From positions 76,756,001 through 76,820,000 of the forward strand of contig OZ024743.1 in the NCBI GenBank assembly GCA_964016885.1: a stretch of DNA of 64,000 nucleotides, in the 5' to 3' direction. Position 1 is the stretch's first letter. The number at the start of each line of letters is the position of its first letter. The position numbers were made by a program, and so were the translations under genes. Shown in pieces: positions 29,931 through 43,054 of this stretch. Source of the DNA: Eledone cirrhosa (taxonomy: Eukaryota). The notes below the pieces were generated by a model. That model saw only the letters and a program-made list of their open reading frames with translations. It searched no databases and had not been told where the DNA came from.

Positions 29931-30770
29931 CTACCACCAACACACTCATCACCACTACTACCACCACTACCACCAACACGACTACCACCACCACCACAAC
30001 AACAACAACTACACCAGTGCTATCAACACCATTACCACCACTACCACCACTACCACCTCCACCACCACCATCACTACCATCAGCACCACCACCACCATCA
30101 CTACCACCACCACTACTAACACCACCACCCTCACTACCACCACAACCACCATCACCAGCACCACCACCACCACAACTACCACCACCACCATCACCACCAC
30201 CACCCTCACCACTACACCATCACAACCACCACCACCACCACTACCACCTCCACCACCACCACCACCATCACTACCATCACCACCACCACCATCACTACCA
30301 CCACCACCATCACCACTACACCATCACAACCACCACCACCACCACTACCACCACCACCACTAACACCACCACCCTCACTACCACCACAACCACCATCACT
30401 AGCACCACCACCACCACCATCATCACCACTACACCATCACCACCACCACTACACCAGTACTATCACCACTACCACCATCATCACCACCACCACCACTACA
30501 CCATCACAACCACCACCACCACCACTACACCAGTACTATCACCACCACCACCACCACCACCACAACCACCATCACCAGCACCAGCACCACCACCACTACC
30601 ACAACCACCACCATCACCACCACCACCATCACCACTACGCCATCACAACCACCACCACCACCACTACACTACCACCACCACAACTACACCAGTACCATCA
30701 CCACCATCACAACCACCACCACTACCACAACCACCACTACCACCACCACACCACCACCACCACAACCACT
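29931..30770. repeat. Degenerate (CCA/CAC)n trinucleotide low-complexity tract
   Basis: ACC/CAC/CAT/CTA triplet-rich sequence that continues from the 9-bp minisatellite. Confidence 0.9.
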
Positions 30771-30879
30771 ATAATCTGTCTACAATATACCTTTACCTGC
30801 CATTTAGTTAATTATAGAGAAAAGATGATATTTTTCCTTTTTTTATGTGACAGTATTATTTACATTTCACATTAACTCA

Positions 30880-31082
<203 letters not shown>

Positions 31083-31111
31083 GTAAGTATGTATACAGAC
31101 GTACAGCAGCA

Positions 31112-31185
<74 letters not shown>

Positions 31186-31343
31186 CATACATGCACACAG
31201 GTACACATACATATATGCACGCATCAGTTTAGCCGACGTTTATTATAACGCAGCTTTGTTCGTTTGTAAACAAACAGAACAGCCTGAATTTATGCCATAC
31301 GGTGTTAAGGCAACCACGTCACCTTTTTGTTCAACACTGACAC

Positions 31344-31396
31344 AGGAACGATGTACTAGTTTCAAGCTTGTTAGCTATCATCAGCACCGTTTACCC
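31344..31396 (-). ncRNA. Type I hammerhead ribozyme motif (type A monomer)
   Basis: Minus strand reads GGG-UA-AACGGUG CUGAUGA U-AGCU-aaca-AGCU-U GAAA C-UA-G UA^ CAUCGUU-CCU. Core boxes are intact and stems I/II pair, but position 10.1-11.1 is a non-canonical U.U. Confidence 0.8.
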
Positions 31397-31648
31397 ATCT
31401 GCCAGATAGTTGAACGTTCGAAAGTATATACTTTCCTTATGAAAATTAACGGCTGAGCAGCCTAATTTGCATATTGAGTGAGTTAAATCGGTCAGGCATA
31501 CCGAAAACGATAAGTTGAAAAAAATGAAAACGAAATTTCATTTCTCACTCTTAGTATGGCACTTACTTAAATGTAAGTATGTATGTATACGTACATACAT
31601 ATATGTATACAGACGTACAGCAGCATTCATATATATATATATATATAT

Positions 31649-34600
31649 AATTAAGTTAAAGATGTACATCCACATATGTATACTGAAATACTAGTATGCA
31701 TATGAATACACACACGTATACATATGTAGATGTACCGAGTTTTTCACTGGTCACTTTAATGTGAGTGTCCAGCTATTCTGTATGTAAACACACAGACAAA
31801 CCGGTTTTTAGAGTCATACTGGTTTTTGAGGAAACACCTTTCCTCTATTCTCCAGAAAGCCAGGCAAGGAATATTGAACTAGTTTCGATGTTGTTACATC
31901 TCATCAGCAATATTTACCTATCTTCCGGCCTCTCTAGAGAATCGTAAAAGCACATATCGTTATATGCTTTTTCTATGAAAATTAGTAGTGGGCAGACTAA
32001 TTTGCATAGAGCGTGAGTACGTACCGGTTCAACGGAGACGATAAAAACAAATAACGAAACGAAATTAAATTTCGTTTCATTTGTAACTCACTTTTGTATG
32101 ACTGACGCTTAAACAATTAAGTTAAAGATGTACATCCACATATGTATACTGAAATACTAGTATGCATATGAATACACACACGTATACATATGTAGATGTA
32201 CCGAGTTTTTCACTGGTCACTTTAATGTGAGTGTCCAGCTATTCTGTATGTAAACACACAGACAAACCGGTTTTTAGAGTCATACTGGTTTTTGAGGAAA
32301 CACCTTTCCTCTATTCTCCAGAAAGCCAGGCAAGGAATATTGAACTAGTTTCGATGTTGTTACATCTCATCAGCAATATTTACCTATCTTCCGGCCTCTC
32401 TAGAGAATCGTAAAAGCACATATCGTTATATGCTTTTTCTATGAAAATTAGTAGTGGGCAGACTAATTTGCATAGAGCGTGAGTACGTACCGGTTCAACG
32501 GAGACGATAAAAACAAATAACGAAACGAAATTAAATTTCGTTTCATTTGTAACTCACTTTTGTATGACTGACGCTTAAACAATTAAGTTAAAGATGTACA
32601 TCCACATATGTATACTGAAATACTAGTATGCATATGAATACACACACGTATACATATGTAGATGTACCGAGTTTTTCACTGGTCACTTTAATGTGAGTGT
32701 CCAGCTATTCTGTATGTAAACACACAGACAAACCGGTTTTTAGAGTCATACTGGTTTTTGAGGAAACACCTTTCCTCTATTCTCCAGAAAGCCAGGCAAG
32801 GAATATTGAACTAGTTTCGATGTTGTTACATCTCATCAGCAATATTTACCTATCTTCCGGCCTCTCTAGAGAATCGTAAAAGCACATATCGTTATATGCT
32901 TTTTCTATGAAAATTAGTAGTGGGCAGACTAATTTGCATAGAGCGTGAGTACGTACCGGTTCAACGGAGACGATAAAAACAAATAACGAAACGAAATTAA
33001 ATTTCGTTTCATTTGTAACTCACTTTTGTATGACTGACGCTTAAACAATTAAGTTAAAGATGTACATCCACATATGTATACTGAAATACTAGTATGCATA
33101 TGAATACACACACGTATACATATGTAGATGTACCGAGTTTTTCACTGGTCACTTTAATGTGAGTGTCCAGCTATTCTGTATGTAAACACACAGACAAACC
33201 GGTTTTTAGAGTCATACTGGTTTTTGAGGAAACACCTTTCCTCTATTCTCCAGAAAGCCAGGCAAGGAATATTGAACTAGTTTCGATGTTGTTACATCTC
33301 ATCAGCAATATTTACCTATCTTCCGGCCTCTCTAGAGAATCGTAAAAGCACATATCGTTATATGCTTTTTCTATGAAAATTAGTAGTGGGCAGACTAATT
33401 TGCATAGAGCGTGAGTACGTACCGGTTCAACGGAGACGATAAAAACAAATAACGAAACGAAATTAAATTTCGTTTCATTTGTAACTCACTTTTGTATGAC
33501 TGACGCTTAAACAATTAAGTTAAAGATGTACATCCACATATGTATACTGAAATACTAGTATGCATATGAATACACACACGTATACATATGTAGATGTACC
33601 GAGTTTTTCACTGGTCACTTTAATGTGAGTGTCCAGCTATTCTGTATGTAAACACACAGACAAACCGGTTTTTAGAGTCATACTGGTTTTTGAGGAAACA
33701 CCTTTCCTCTATTCTCCAGAAAGCCAGGCAAGGAATATTGAACTAGTTTCGATGTTGTTACATCTCATCAGCAATATTTACCTATCTTCCGGCCTCTCTA
33801 GAGAATCGTAAAAGCACATATCGTTATATGCTTTTTCTATGAAAATTAGTAGTGGGCAGACTAATTTGCATAGAGCGTGAGTACGTACCGGTTCAACGGA
33901 GACGATAAAAACAAATAACGAAACGAAATTAAATTTCGTTTCATTTGTAACTCACTTTTGTATGACTGACGCTTAAACAATTAAGTTAAAGATGTACATC
34001 CACATATGTATACTGAAATACTAGTATGCATATGAATACACACACGTATACATATGTAGATGTACCGAGTTTTTCACTGGTCACTTTAATGTGAGTGTCC
34101 AGCTATTCTGTATGTAAACACACAGACAAACCGGTTTTTAGAGTCATACTGGTTTTTGAGGAAACACCTTTCCTCTATTCTCCAGAAAGCCAGGCAAGGA
34201 ATATTGAACTAGTTTCGATGTTGTTACATCTCATCAGCAATATTTACCTATCTTCCGGCCTCTCTAGAGAATCGTAAAAGCACATATCGTTATATGCTTT
34301 TTCTATGAAAATTAGTAGTGGGCAGACTAATTTGCATAGAGCGTGAGTACGTACCGGTTCAACGGAGACGATAAAAACAAATAACGAAACGAAATTAAAT
34401 TTCGTTTCATTTGTAACTCACTTTTGTATGACTGACGCTTAAACAATTAAGTTAAAGATGTACATCCACATATGTATACTGAAATACTAGTATGCATATG
34501 AATACACACACGTATACATATGTAGATGTACCGAGTTTTTCACTGGTCACTTTAATGTGAGTGTCCAGCTATTCTGTATGTAAACACACAGACAAACCGG

Positions 34601-34979
34601 TTTTTAGAGTCATACTGGTTTTTGAGGAAACACCTTTCCTCTATTCTCCAGAAAGCCAGGCAAGGAATATTGAACTAGTTTCGATGTTGTTACATCTCAT
34701 CAGCAATATTTACCTATCTTCCGGCCTCTCTAGAGAATCGTAAAAGCACATATCGTTATATGCTTTTTCTATGAAAATTAGTAGTGGGCAGACTAATTTG
34801 CATAGAGCGTGAGTACGTACCGGTTCAACGGAGACGATAAAAACAAATAACGAAACGAAATTAAATTTCGTTTCATTTGTAACTCACTTTTGTATGACTG
34901 ACGCTTAAACAATTAAGTTAAAGATGTACATCCACATATGTATACTGAAATACTAGTATGCATATGAATACACACACGT
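31649..34979 (-). repeat. Left arm: ~7.15 tandem copies of the 466-bp hammerhead-bearing monomer (retrozyme-like, 'type B')
   Basis: Exact 466-bp period (the ORF track repeats at 31765, 32231 ... 34561). Copies look identical by eye. The ribozyme is on the minus strand. Confidence 0.95.
31867..31919 (-). ncRNA. Type I hammerhead ribozyme motif (first of 7 minus-strand copies: 31867, 32333, 32799, 33265, 33731, 34197, 34663)
   Basis: AGG-UA-AAUAUUG CUGAUGA GAUGU-aaca-ACAUC GAAA C-UA-G UU^ CAAUAUU-CCU. Predicted cleavage is after GUU, between 31877 and 31876. Confidence 0.92.
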
Positions 34980-37900
34980 TTCGTTATTTGTTTTTATCGT
35001 CTCCGTTGAACCGGTACGTACTCACGCTCTATGCAAATTAGTCTGCCCACTACTAATTTTCATAGAAAAAGCATATAACGATATGTGCTTTTACGATTCT
35101 CTAGAGAGGCCGGAAGATAGGTAAATATTGCTGATGAGATGTAACAACATCGAAACTAGTTCAATATTCCTTGCCTGGCTTTCTGGAGAATAGAGGAAAG
35201 GTGTTTCCTCAAAAACCAGTATGACTCTAAAAACCGGTTTGTCTGTGTGTTTACATACAGAATAGCTGGACACTCACATTAAAGTGACCAGTGAAAAACT
35301 CGGTACATCTACATATGTATACGTGTGTGTATTCATATGCATACTAGTATTTCAGTATACATATGTGGATGTACATCTTTAACTTAATTGTTTAAGCGTC
35401 AGTCATACAAAAGTGAGTTACAAATGAAACGAAATTTAATTTCGTTTCGTTATTTGTTTTTATCGTCTCCGTTGAACCGGTACGTACTCACGCTCTATGC
35501 AAATTAGTCTGCCCACTACTAATTTTCATAGAAAAAGCATATAACGATATGTGCTTTTACGATTCTCTAGAGAGGCCGGAAGATAGGTAAATATTGCTGA
35601 TGAGATGTAACAACATCGAAACTAGTTCAATATTCCTTGCCTGGCTTTCTGGAGAATAGAGGAAAGGTGTTTCCTCAAAAACCAGTATGACTCTAAAAAC
35701 CGGTTTGTCTGTGTGTTTACATACAGAATAGCTGGACACTCACATTAAAGTGACCAGTGAAAAACTCGGTACATCTACATATGTATACGTGTGTGTATTC
35801 ATATGCATACTAGTATTTCAGTATACATATGTGGATGTACATCTTTAACTTAATTGTTTAAGCGTCAGTCATACAAAAGTGAGTTACAAATGAAACGAAA
35901 TTTAATTTCGTTTCGTTATTTGTTTTTATCGTCTCCGTTGAACCGGTACGTACTCACGCTCTATGCAAATTAGTCTGCCCACTACTAATTTTCATAGAAA
36001 AAGCATATAACGATATGTGCTTTTACGATTCTCTAGAGAGGCCGGAAGATAGGTAAATATTGCTGATGAGATGTAACAACATCGAAACTAGTTCAATATT
36101 CCTTGCCTGGCTTTCTGGAGAATAGAGGAAAGGTGTTTCCTCAAAAACCAGTATGACTCTAAAAACCGGTTTGTCTGTGTGTTTACATACAGAATAGCTG
36201 GACACTCACATTAAAGTGACCAGTGAAAAACTCGGTACATCTACATATGTATACGTGTGTGTATTCATATGCATACTAGTATTTCAGTATACATATGTGG
36301 ATGTACATCTTTAACTTAATTGTTTAAGCGTCAGTCATACAAAAGTGAGTTACAAATGAAACGAAATTTAATTTCGTTTCGTTATTTGTTTTTATCGTCT
36401 CCGTTGAACCGGTACGTACTCACGCTCTATGCAAATTAGTCTGCCCACTACTAATTTTCATAGAAAAAGCATATAACGATATGTGCTTTTACGATTCTCT
36501 AGAGAGGCCGGAAGATAGGTAAATATTGCTGATGAGATGTAACAACATCGAAACTAGTTCAATATTCCTTGCCTGGCTTTCTGGAGAATAGAGGAAAGGT
36601 GTTTCCTCAAAAACCAGTATGACTCTAAAAACCGGTTTGTCTGTGTGTTTACATACAGAATAGCTGGACACTCACATTAAAGTGACCAGTGAAAAACTCG
36701 GTACATCTACATATGTATACGTGTGTGTATTCATATGCATACTAGTATTTCAGTATACATATGTGGATGTACATCTTTAACTTAATTGTTTAAGCGTCAG
36801 TCATACAAAAGTGAGTTACAAATGAAACGAAATTTAATTTCGTTTCGTTATTTGTTTTTATCGTCTCCGTTGAACCGGTACGTACTCACGCTCTATGCAA
36901 ATTAGTCTGCCCACTACTAATTTTCATAGAAAAAGCATATAACGATATGTGCTTTTACGATTCTCTAGAGAGGCCGGAAGATAGGTAAATATTGCTGATG
37001 AGATGTAACAACATCGAAACTAGTTCAATATTCCTTGCCTGGCTTTCTGGAGAATAGAGGAAAGGTGTTTCCTCAAAAACCAGTATGACTCTAAAAACCG
37101 GTTTGTCTGTGTGTTTACATACAGAATAGCTGGACACTCACATTAAAGTGACCAGTGAAAAACTCGGTACATCTACATATGTATACGTGTGTGTATTCAT
37201 ATGCATACTAGTATTTCAGTATACATATGTGGATGTACATCTTTAACTTAATTGTTTAAGCGTCAGTCATACAAAAGTGAGTTACAAATGAAACGAAATT
37301 TAATTTCGTTTCGTTATTTGTTTTTATCGTCTCCGTTGAACCGGTACGTACTCACGCTCTATGCAAATTAGTCTGCCCACTACTAATTTTCATAGAAAAA
37401 GCATATAACGATATGTGCTTTTACGATTCTCTAGAGAGGCCGGAAGATAGGTAAATATTGCTGATGAGATGTAACAACATCGAAACTAGTTCAATATTCC
37501 TTGCCTGGCTTTCTGGAGAATAGAGGAAAGGTGTTTCCTCAAAAACCAGTATGACTCTAAAAACCGGTTTGTCTGTGTGTTTACATACAGAATAGCTGGA
37601 CACTCACATTAAAGTGACCAGTGAAAAACTCGGTACATCTACATATGTATACGTGTGTGTATTCATATGCATACTAGTATTTCAGTATACATATGTGGAT
37701 GTACATCTTTAACTTAATTGTTTAAGCGTCAGTCATACAAAAGTGAGTTACAAATGAAACGAAATTTAATTTCGTTTCGTTATTTGTTTTTATCGTCTCC
37801 GTTGAACCGGTACGTACTCACGCTCTATGCAAATTAGTCTGCCCACTACTAATTTTCATAGAAAAAGCATATAACGATATGTGCTTTTACGATTCTCTAG

Positions 37901-39184
37901 AGAGGCCGGAAGATAGGTAAATATTGCTGATGAGATGTAACAACATCGAAACTAGTTCAATATTCCTTGCCTGGCTTTCTGGAGAATAGAGGAAAGGTGT
38001 TTCCTCAAAAACCAGTATGACTCTAAAAACCGGTTTGTCTGTGTGTTTACATACAGAATAGCTGGACACTCACATTAAAGTGACCAGTGAAAAACTCGGT
38101 ACATCTACATATGTATACGTGTGTGTATTCATATGCATACTAGTATTTCAGTATACATATGTGGATGTACATCTTTAACTTAATTGTTTAAGCGTCAGTC
38201 ATACAAAAGTGAGTTACAAATGAAACGAAATTTAATTTCGTTTCGTTATTTGTTTTTATCGTCTCCGTTGAACCGGTACGTACTCACGCTCTATGCAAAT
38301 TAGTCTGCCCACTACTAATTTTCATAGAAAAAGCATATAACGATATGTGCTTTTACGATTCTCTAGAGAGGCCGGAAGATAGGTAAATATTGCTGATGAG
38401 ATGTAACAACATCGAAACTAGTTCAATATTCCTTGCCTGGCTTTCTGGAGAATAGAGGAAAGGTGTTTCCTCAAAAACCAGTATGACTCTAAAAACCGGT
38501 TTGTCTGTGTGTTTACATACAGAATAGCTGGACACTCACATTAAAGTGACCAGTGAAAAACTCGGTACATCTACATATGTATACGTGTGTGTATTCATAT
38601 GCATACTAGTATTTCAGTATACATATGTGGATGTACATCTTTAACTTAATTGTTTAAGCGTCAGTCATACAAAAGTGAGTTACAAATGAAACGAAATTTA
38701 ATTTCGTTTCGTTATTTGTTTTTATCGTCTCCGTTGAACCGGTACGTACTCACGCTCTATGCAAATTAGTCTGCCCACTACTAATTTTCATAGAAAAAGC
38801 ATATAACGATATGTGCTTTTACGATTCTCTAGAGAGGCCGGAAGATAGGTAAATATTGCTGATGAGATGTAACAACATCGAAACTAGTTCAATATTCCTT
38901 GCCTGGCTTTCTGGAGAATAGAGGAAAGGTGTTTCCTCAAAAACCAGTATGACTCTAAAAACCGGTTTGTCTGTGTGTTTACATACAGAATAGCTGGACA
39001 CTCACATTAAAGTGACCAGTGAAAAACTCGGTACATCTACATATGTATACGTGTGTGTATTCATATGCATACTAGTATTTCAGTATACATATGTGGATGT
39101 ACATCTTTAACTTAATTGTTTAAGCGTCAGTCATACAAAAGTGAGTTACAAATGAAACGAAATTTAATTTCGTTTCGTTATTTG

Positions 39185-39191
<7 letters not shown>
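34977..39191 (+). repeat. Right arm: ~9.04 inverted tandem copies of the same 466-bp monomer
   Basis: Reverse complement of the left arm with a 466-bp period. The inner junction has CGT microhomology (34977-79) and the outer end runs into (TA)n. Confidence 0.95.
35119..35171 (+). ncRNA. Type I hammerhead ribozyme motif (first of 9 plus-strand copies: 35119, 35585, 36051, 36517, 36983, 37449, 37915, 38381, 38847)
   Basis: aggtaaatattg CTGATGA gatgt aaca acatc GAAA ctag tt caatattcct is read directly on the + strand. Confidence 0.92.
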
Positions 39192-39242
<51 letters not shown>

Positions 39243-39418
39243 CATACATGCACACAGGTACACATACATATATGCACGCATCAGTTTAGCCGACGTTTAT
39301 TATAACGCAGCTTTGTTGACAAACAAACGAACAAAGCTGCGTTATAATAAACGTCGGCTAAACTGATGCGTGCATATATGTATGTGTACCTGTGTGCATG
39401 TATGTATATATGTATATG

Positions 39419-39536
<118 letters not shown>

Positions 39537-39647
39537 TGCTGCTGTACGTCTGTATACATATATGTATGTACGTATACATACATACTTACATTTAAGTAAG
39601 TGCCATACTAAGAGTGAGAAATGAAATTTCGTTTTCATTTTTTTCAA

Positions 39648-39726
<79 letters not shown>

Positions 39727-40046
39727 ACAGATTAAAGTTTAAGCCAAGAATCGCTGCTTTCACCCTTAAAGGGATCTTCTGAAACTAAAAAAAAATCAAT
39801 CTGTGAACGCAGAAGTAAATATTTCGAAAAACGTTGCAACCGAAGGAAAACAGGAAGACGATACTTTGGTTCGTGGAGACGTTCCCTGGTAATGAACTGA
39901 AAAAAGCGAAGCTATTTCGTCGTTATGTGGAGCGATGAGAACAATTACACGCAAAGACAAAACCACGTTTATGGTATAAATGGAGTCGTTGACTAATATT
40001 CTATTTAGGAAACCGAATGATTCTCGGCTTAAGAGTTAAGAATAAT

Positions 40047-40198
40047 TGTTTCTACTTTAGGCACAAGGCCAGCAATTACCCAGTACATTACTGGTACTTT
40101 ATTTTATCGACCCCGTAAGGATGAAAGGCAAAGTTAACCTCGGCGGGATTTGAACTCAGACTGTAAAGGGACGTAACTATGCTAGAAAGCATAACTTC
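40047..40198 (-). mobile_element. tRNA-derived SINE with 15-bp target-site duplication
   Basis: TSD AGAGTTAAGAATAAT at 40032-46 and 40199-213. Pol III B-box GTTCAAATCC on the minus strand (40146-55). The central TTTGCCTTTCATCC...GGGGTCGATAAAATAAAGTACC block resembles octopus SINEs as I recall them. Confidence 0.85.
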
Positions 40199-40310
40199 AG
40201 AGTTAAGAATAATGTAAATAAATTAGTAGAACGAAAATGACAGAGGTTATTAAAATCAATAATAATAATACAAATTTATCTCTCTCACTCTCACTCTCTC
40301 CCCCCTCTCA

Positions 40311-40388
<78 letters not shown>

Positions 40389-40489
40389 GGGGGGGAATAG
40401 AAAATGAGAGAGATGTAAAGATAAAGAGAGGGGAAGGAAGAGAGAGGGGGAACTAGACAAACAGTGTATGTCTGTGTGTTTGTGTGTGC

Positions 40490-40522
<33 letters not shown>

Positions 40523-40972
40523 AAGAGAGGGGGAGAGAGTGAGAGAGAGAGATAAATTTGTATTGGTGCTCCTACCTAGCGGTATACATATAAATGTAAG
40601 TATTATATATTGAATAATATACGAGGTGTTTATTAAAAACATTTGAAGGCCTTTCGCTATTAATTTTTATGTTGTAAACAACGTCACACTCCCAGTCTCA
40701 GCAAAAAGAGGGGGAAATAATCGACAATGCCATCTTTTCTCCCCTATTAAGACTACATATCTTTCCACTTGTGTTGAGGCTAAAGTAAGCTAGAATCTCA
40801 TAGATGTCTGCGAATATATATGAGTTGCAGAAACTCATAAATATTCATTTTATTAAGGCGAAACTCCAGAGAAACAAGACTCACTATTTAGCCTTAATAA
40901 AAGGAATATTAAAACTCTACTTCGGTGTTGAGTATTCTTTTCTCTTAGCCGTCAACAACATACGGATATATA

Positions 40973-41956
40973 TCTATATATATATATAACATTTTTGTCT
41001 CTCTGTTTGCCTGTCTTTTTCTATGCATTCTCAAATGGCTCGACCAAATCAAATCAAATTTTACAAGGTAATATTATTAGACCTCGGGATTAATAACAAG
41101 CAATTTTTTATTTTCATTTAGATTAAAACAATATAACAGTTTATCTAAAATAATCTACTATAGACTACAAGTAAACGGACATTTTATAAAACGACGACGT
41201 CATATTTTGTATATGAGTGTGTATGTGTCTGTGAGTGTGTGTGTTTACGCGTTCGTTTCATACGTTAGGCCTTAGTAAGTTACATACACACACATCTTCA
41301 CGTAAATATTTACATCAGATACACAAAGAATCAAACACACACACACATCTAGACATACATATACATATGTAACAACTGAAAAGTATATGTGTGTGAGTGT
41401 ATGTGAGAGTGTATGTGTGTGTGAGTTAATTTACACTGCATACAAAAATAGAGATTAATATATATTTCTTTGGGATGTTGATATTTACTTGTTTACAATA
41501 TTGAAAAAAATTGTCTTTATTCAAAAAATTCCTCTCACACCTACAGCTATACCATTTGAATTTAAGAGGCTTCAGTTTCCAGTCAAACTAAGTTTTGTTA
41601 TTTCAATTAACAAATTTCAGGGTCAATCCCTCAAGGTAGTTGGACTTGATCCCTCTACTACATGTTTCTCCCACGGTCAACTCTATGTTGGTTGCTCACA
41701 AGTTGAACGCAGCAACAATTTATTCATTTGGACACCAACAAAAAATTACACAACGAATATTGTTTACCCTGAGGTGCTTCAAGATCGACAGATTTTCATT
41801 TCTAAATTCTATTAACATTACAATTTGATATATTTTTAAAATAAAATATAGATATTTTGAAATAATTATGAGAAAAAATATATATCTTCATATTTATTGT
41901 TTACTAATCAGAAATAAGAACAGCAGTAACCCGGGTAATGCCGGGTCATTCAGCTA

Positions 41957-41957
<1 letters not shown>
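40973..41957 (+). mobile_element. Non-autonomous Helitron
   Basis: 5' A|TC start (TCTATATATATATAAC); 3' hairpin CCCGG-gtaatg-CCGGG followed by CTAG|T at 41954-57; internal PIF1-helicase remnant. Confidence 0.85.
41510..41790 (+). pseudogene. Helitron RepHel C-terminal PIF1-like helicase fragment
   Basis: FEFKRLQFPVKLSFVISINKFQGQSLKVVGLD...CFSHGQLYVGCSQV matches PIF1/Helitron helicase motifs V-VI (RxQFPxxLxFAxTINKSQGQS; FSHGQLYVAxSRV) with degenerations. Confidence 0.9.
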
Positions 41958-42030
<73 letters not shown>

Positions 42031-42087
42031 CAGCAGAAGCAGTAGTTGTATTATTATTATTATTAATATTATTATTATTATTATTTT

Positions 42088-42135
<48 letters not shown>

Positions 42136-42139
42136 CAGA

Positions 42140-42216
<77 letters not shown>

Positions 42217-42245
42217 AGGTGGTGGTGGTAGTAGTAACAATAGCA
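41958..42245. repeat. Compound microsatellite (TA)n/(TAT)n/(TAG)n/(CAG)n
   Basis: Read directly from the sequence. Confidence 0.95.
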
Positions 42246-42262
42246 GCAGTTGTAAAATTCAT

Positions 42263-42365
42263 GTCGATAAAATAAAGTACCATTAATGAACTGGAGTCGA
42301 TTTAATCTACTTTTCCCTCCCCCAAAATTGCTGACCTTGTGCCTAAATCAGAAACAATTATTACT
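42263..42365 (+). mobile_element. 3' fragment of the same SINE family
   Basis: GTCGATAAAATAAAGTACC...AATTGCTGACCTTGTGCCTAAA...AGAAACAATTATT matches the reverse complement of 40047-40112. Confidence 0.75.
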
Positions 42366-42397
42366 ACTCTAATATACTCACCTAGTATCAATATTAC

Positions 42398-42858
<461 letters not shown>

Positions 42859-42961
42859 GCTCTGATTATTTAATTTATTAACTTTTCATTGAGTCACAAA
42901 GTGACCCGTTGCAAAACACGTATATGTATGTATGTATATATATATATGTATATATGTAAAC

Positions 42962-43054
<93 letters not shown>

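Noticed and set aside
27183-30811. 978-aa, 915-aa and 264-aa ORFs
   Set aside because: They are translations of 9-bp and 3-bp repeats with no domains or credible starts.
31765-39001. 60-aa ORF repeated 16 times as a peptide gene cluster
   Set aside because: It has a GTG start, is antisense to the ribozyme strand, and conservation with type A is better explained by RNA structure than by codons.
39748-39783. Hammerhead-like CAGAAGA-UCCCU..AGGGU-GAAA on the minus strand
   Set aside because: The core is altered, and there is no UH triplet or stem I pairing; at most a decayed remnant.
40839-40910. ~20-bp stem hairpin AATATTCATTTTATTAAGGC...GCCTTAATAAAAGGAATATT
   Set aside because: It is single, AT-rich and has no ribozyme core or assignable family.
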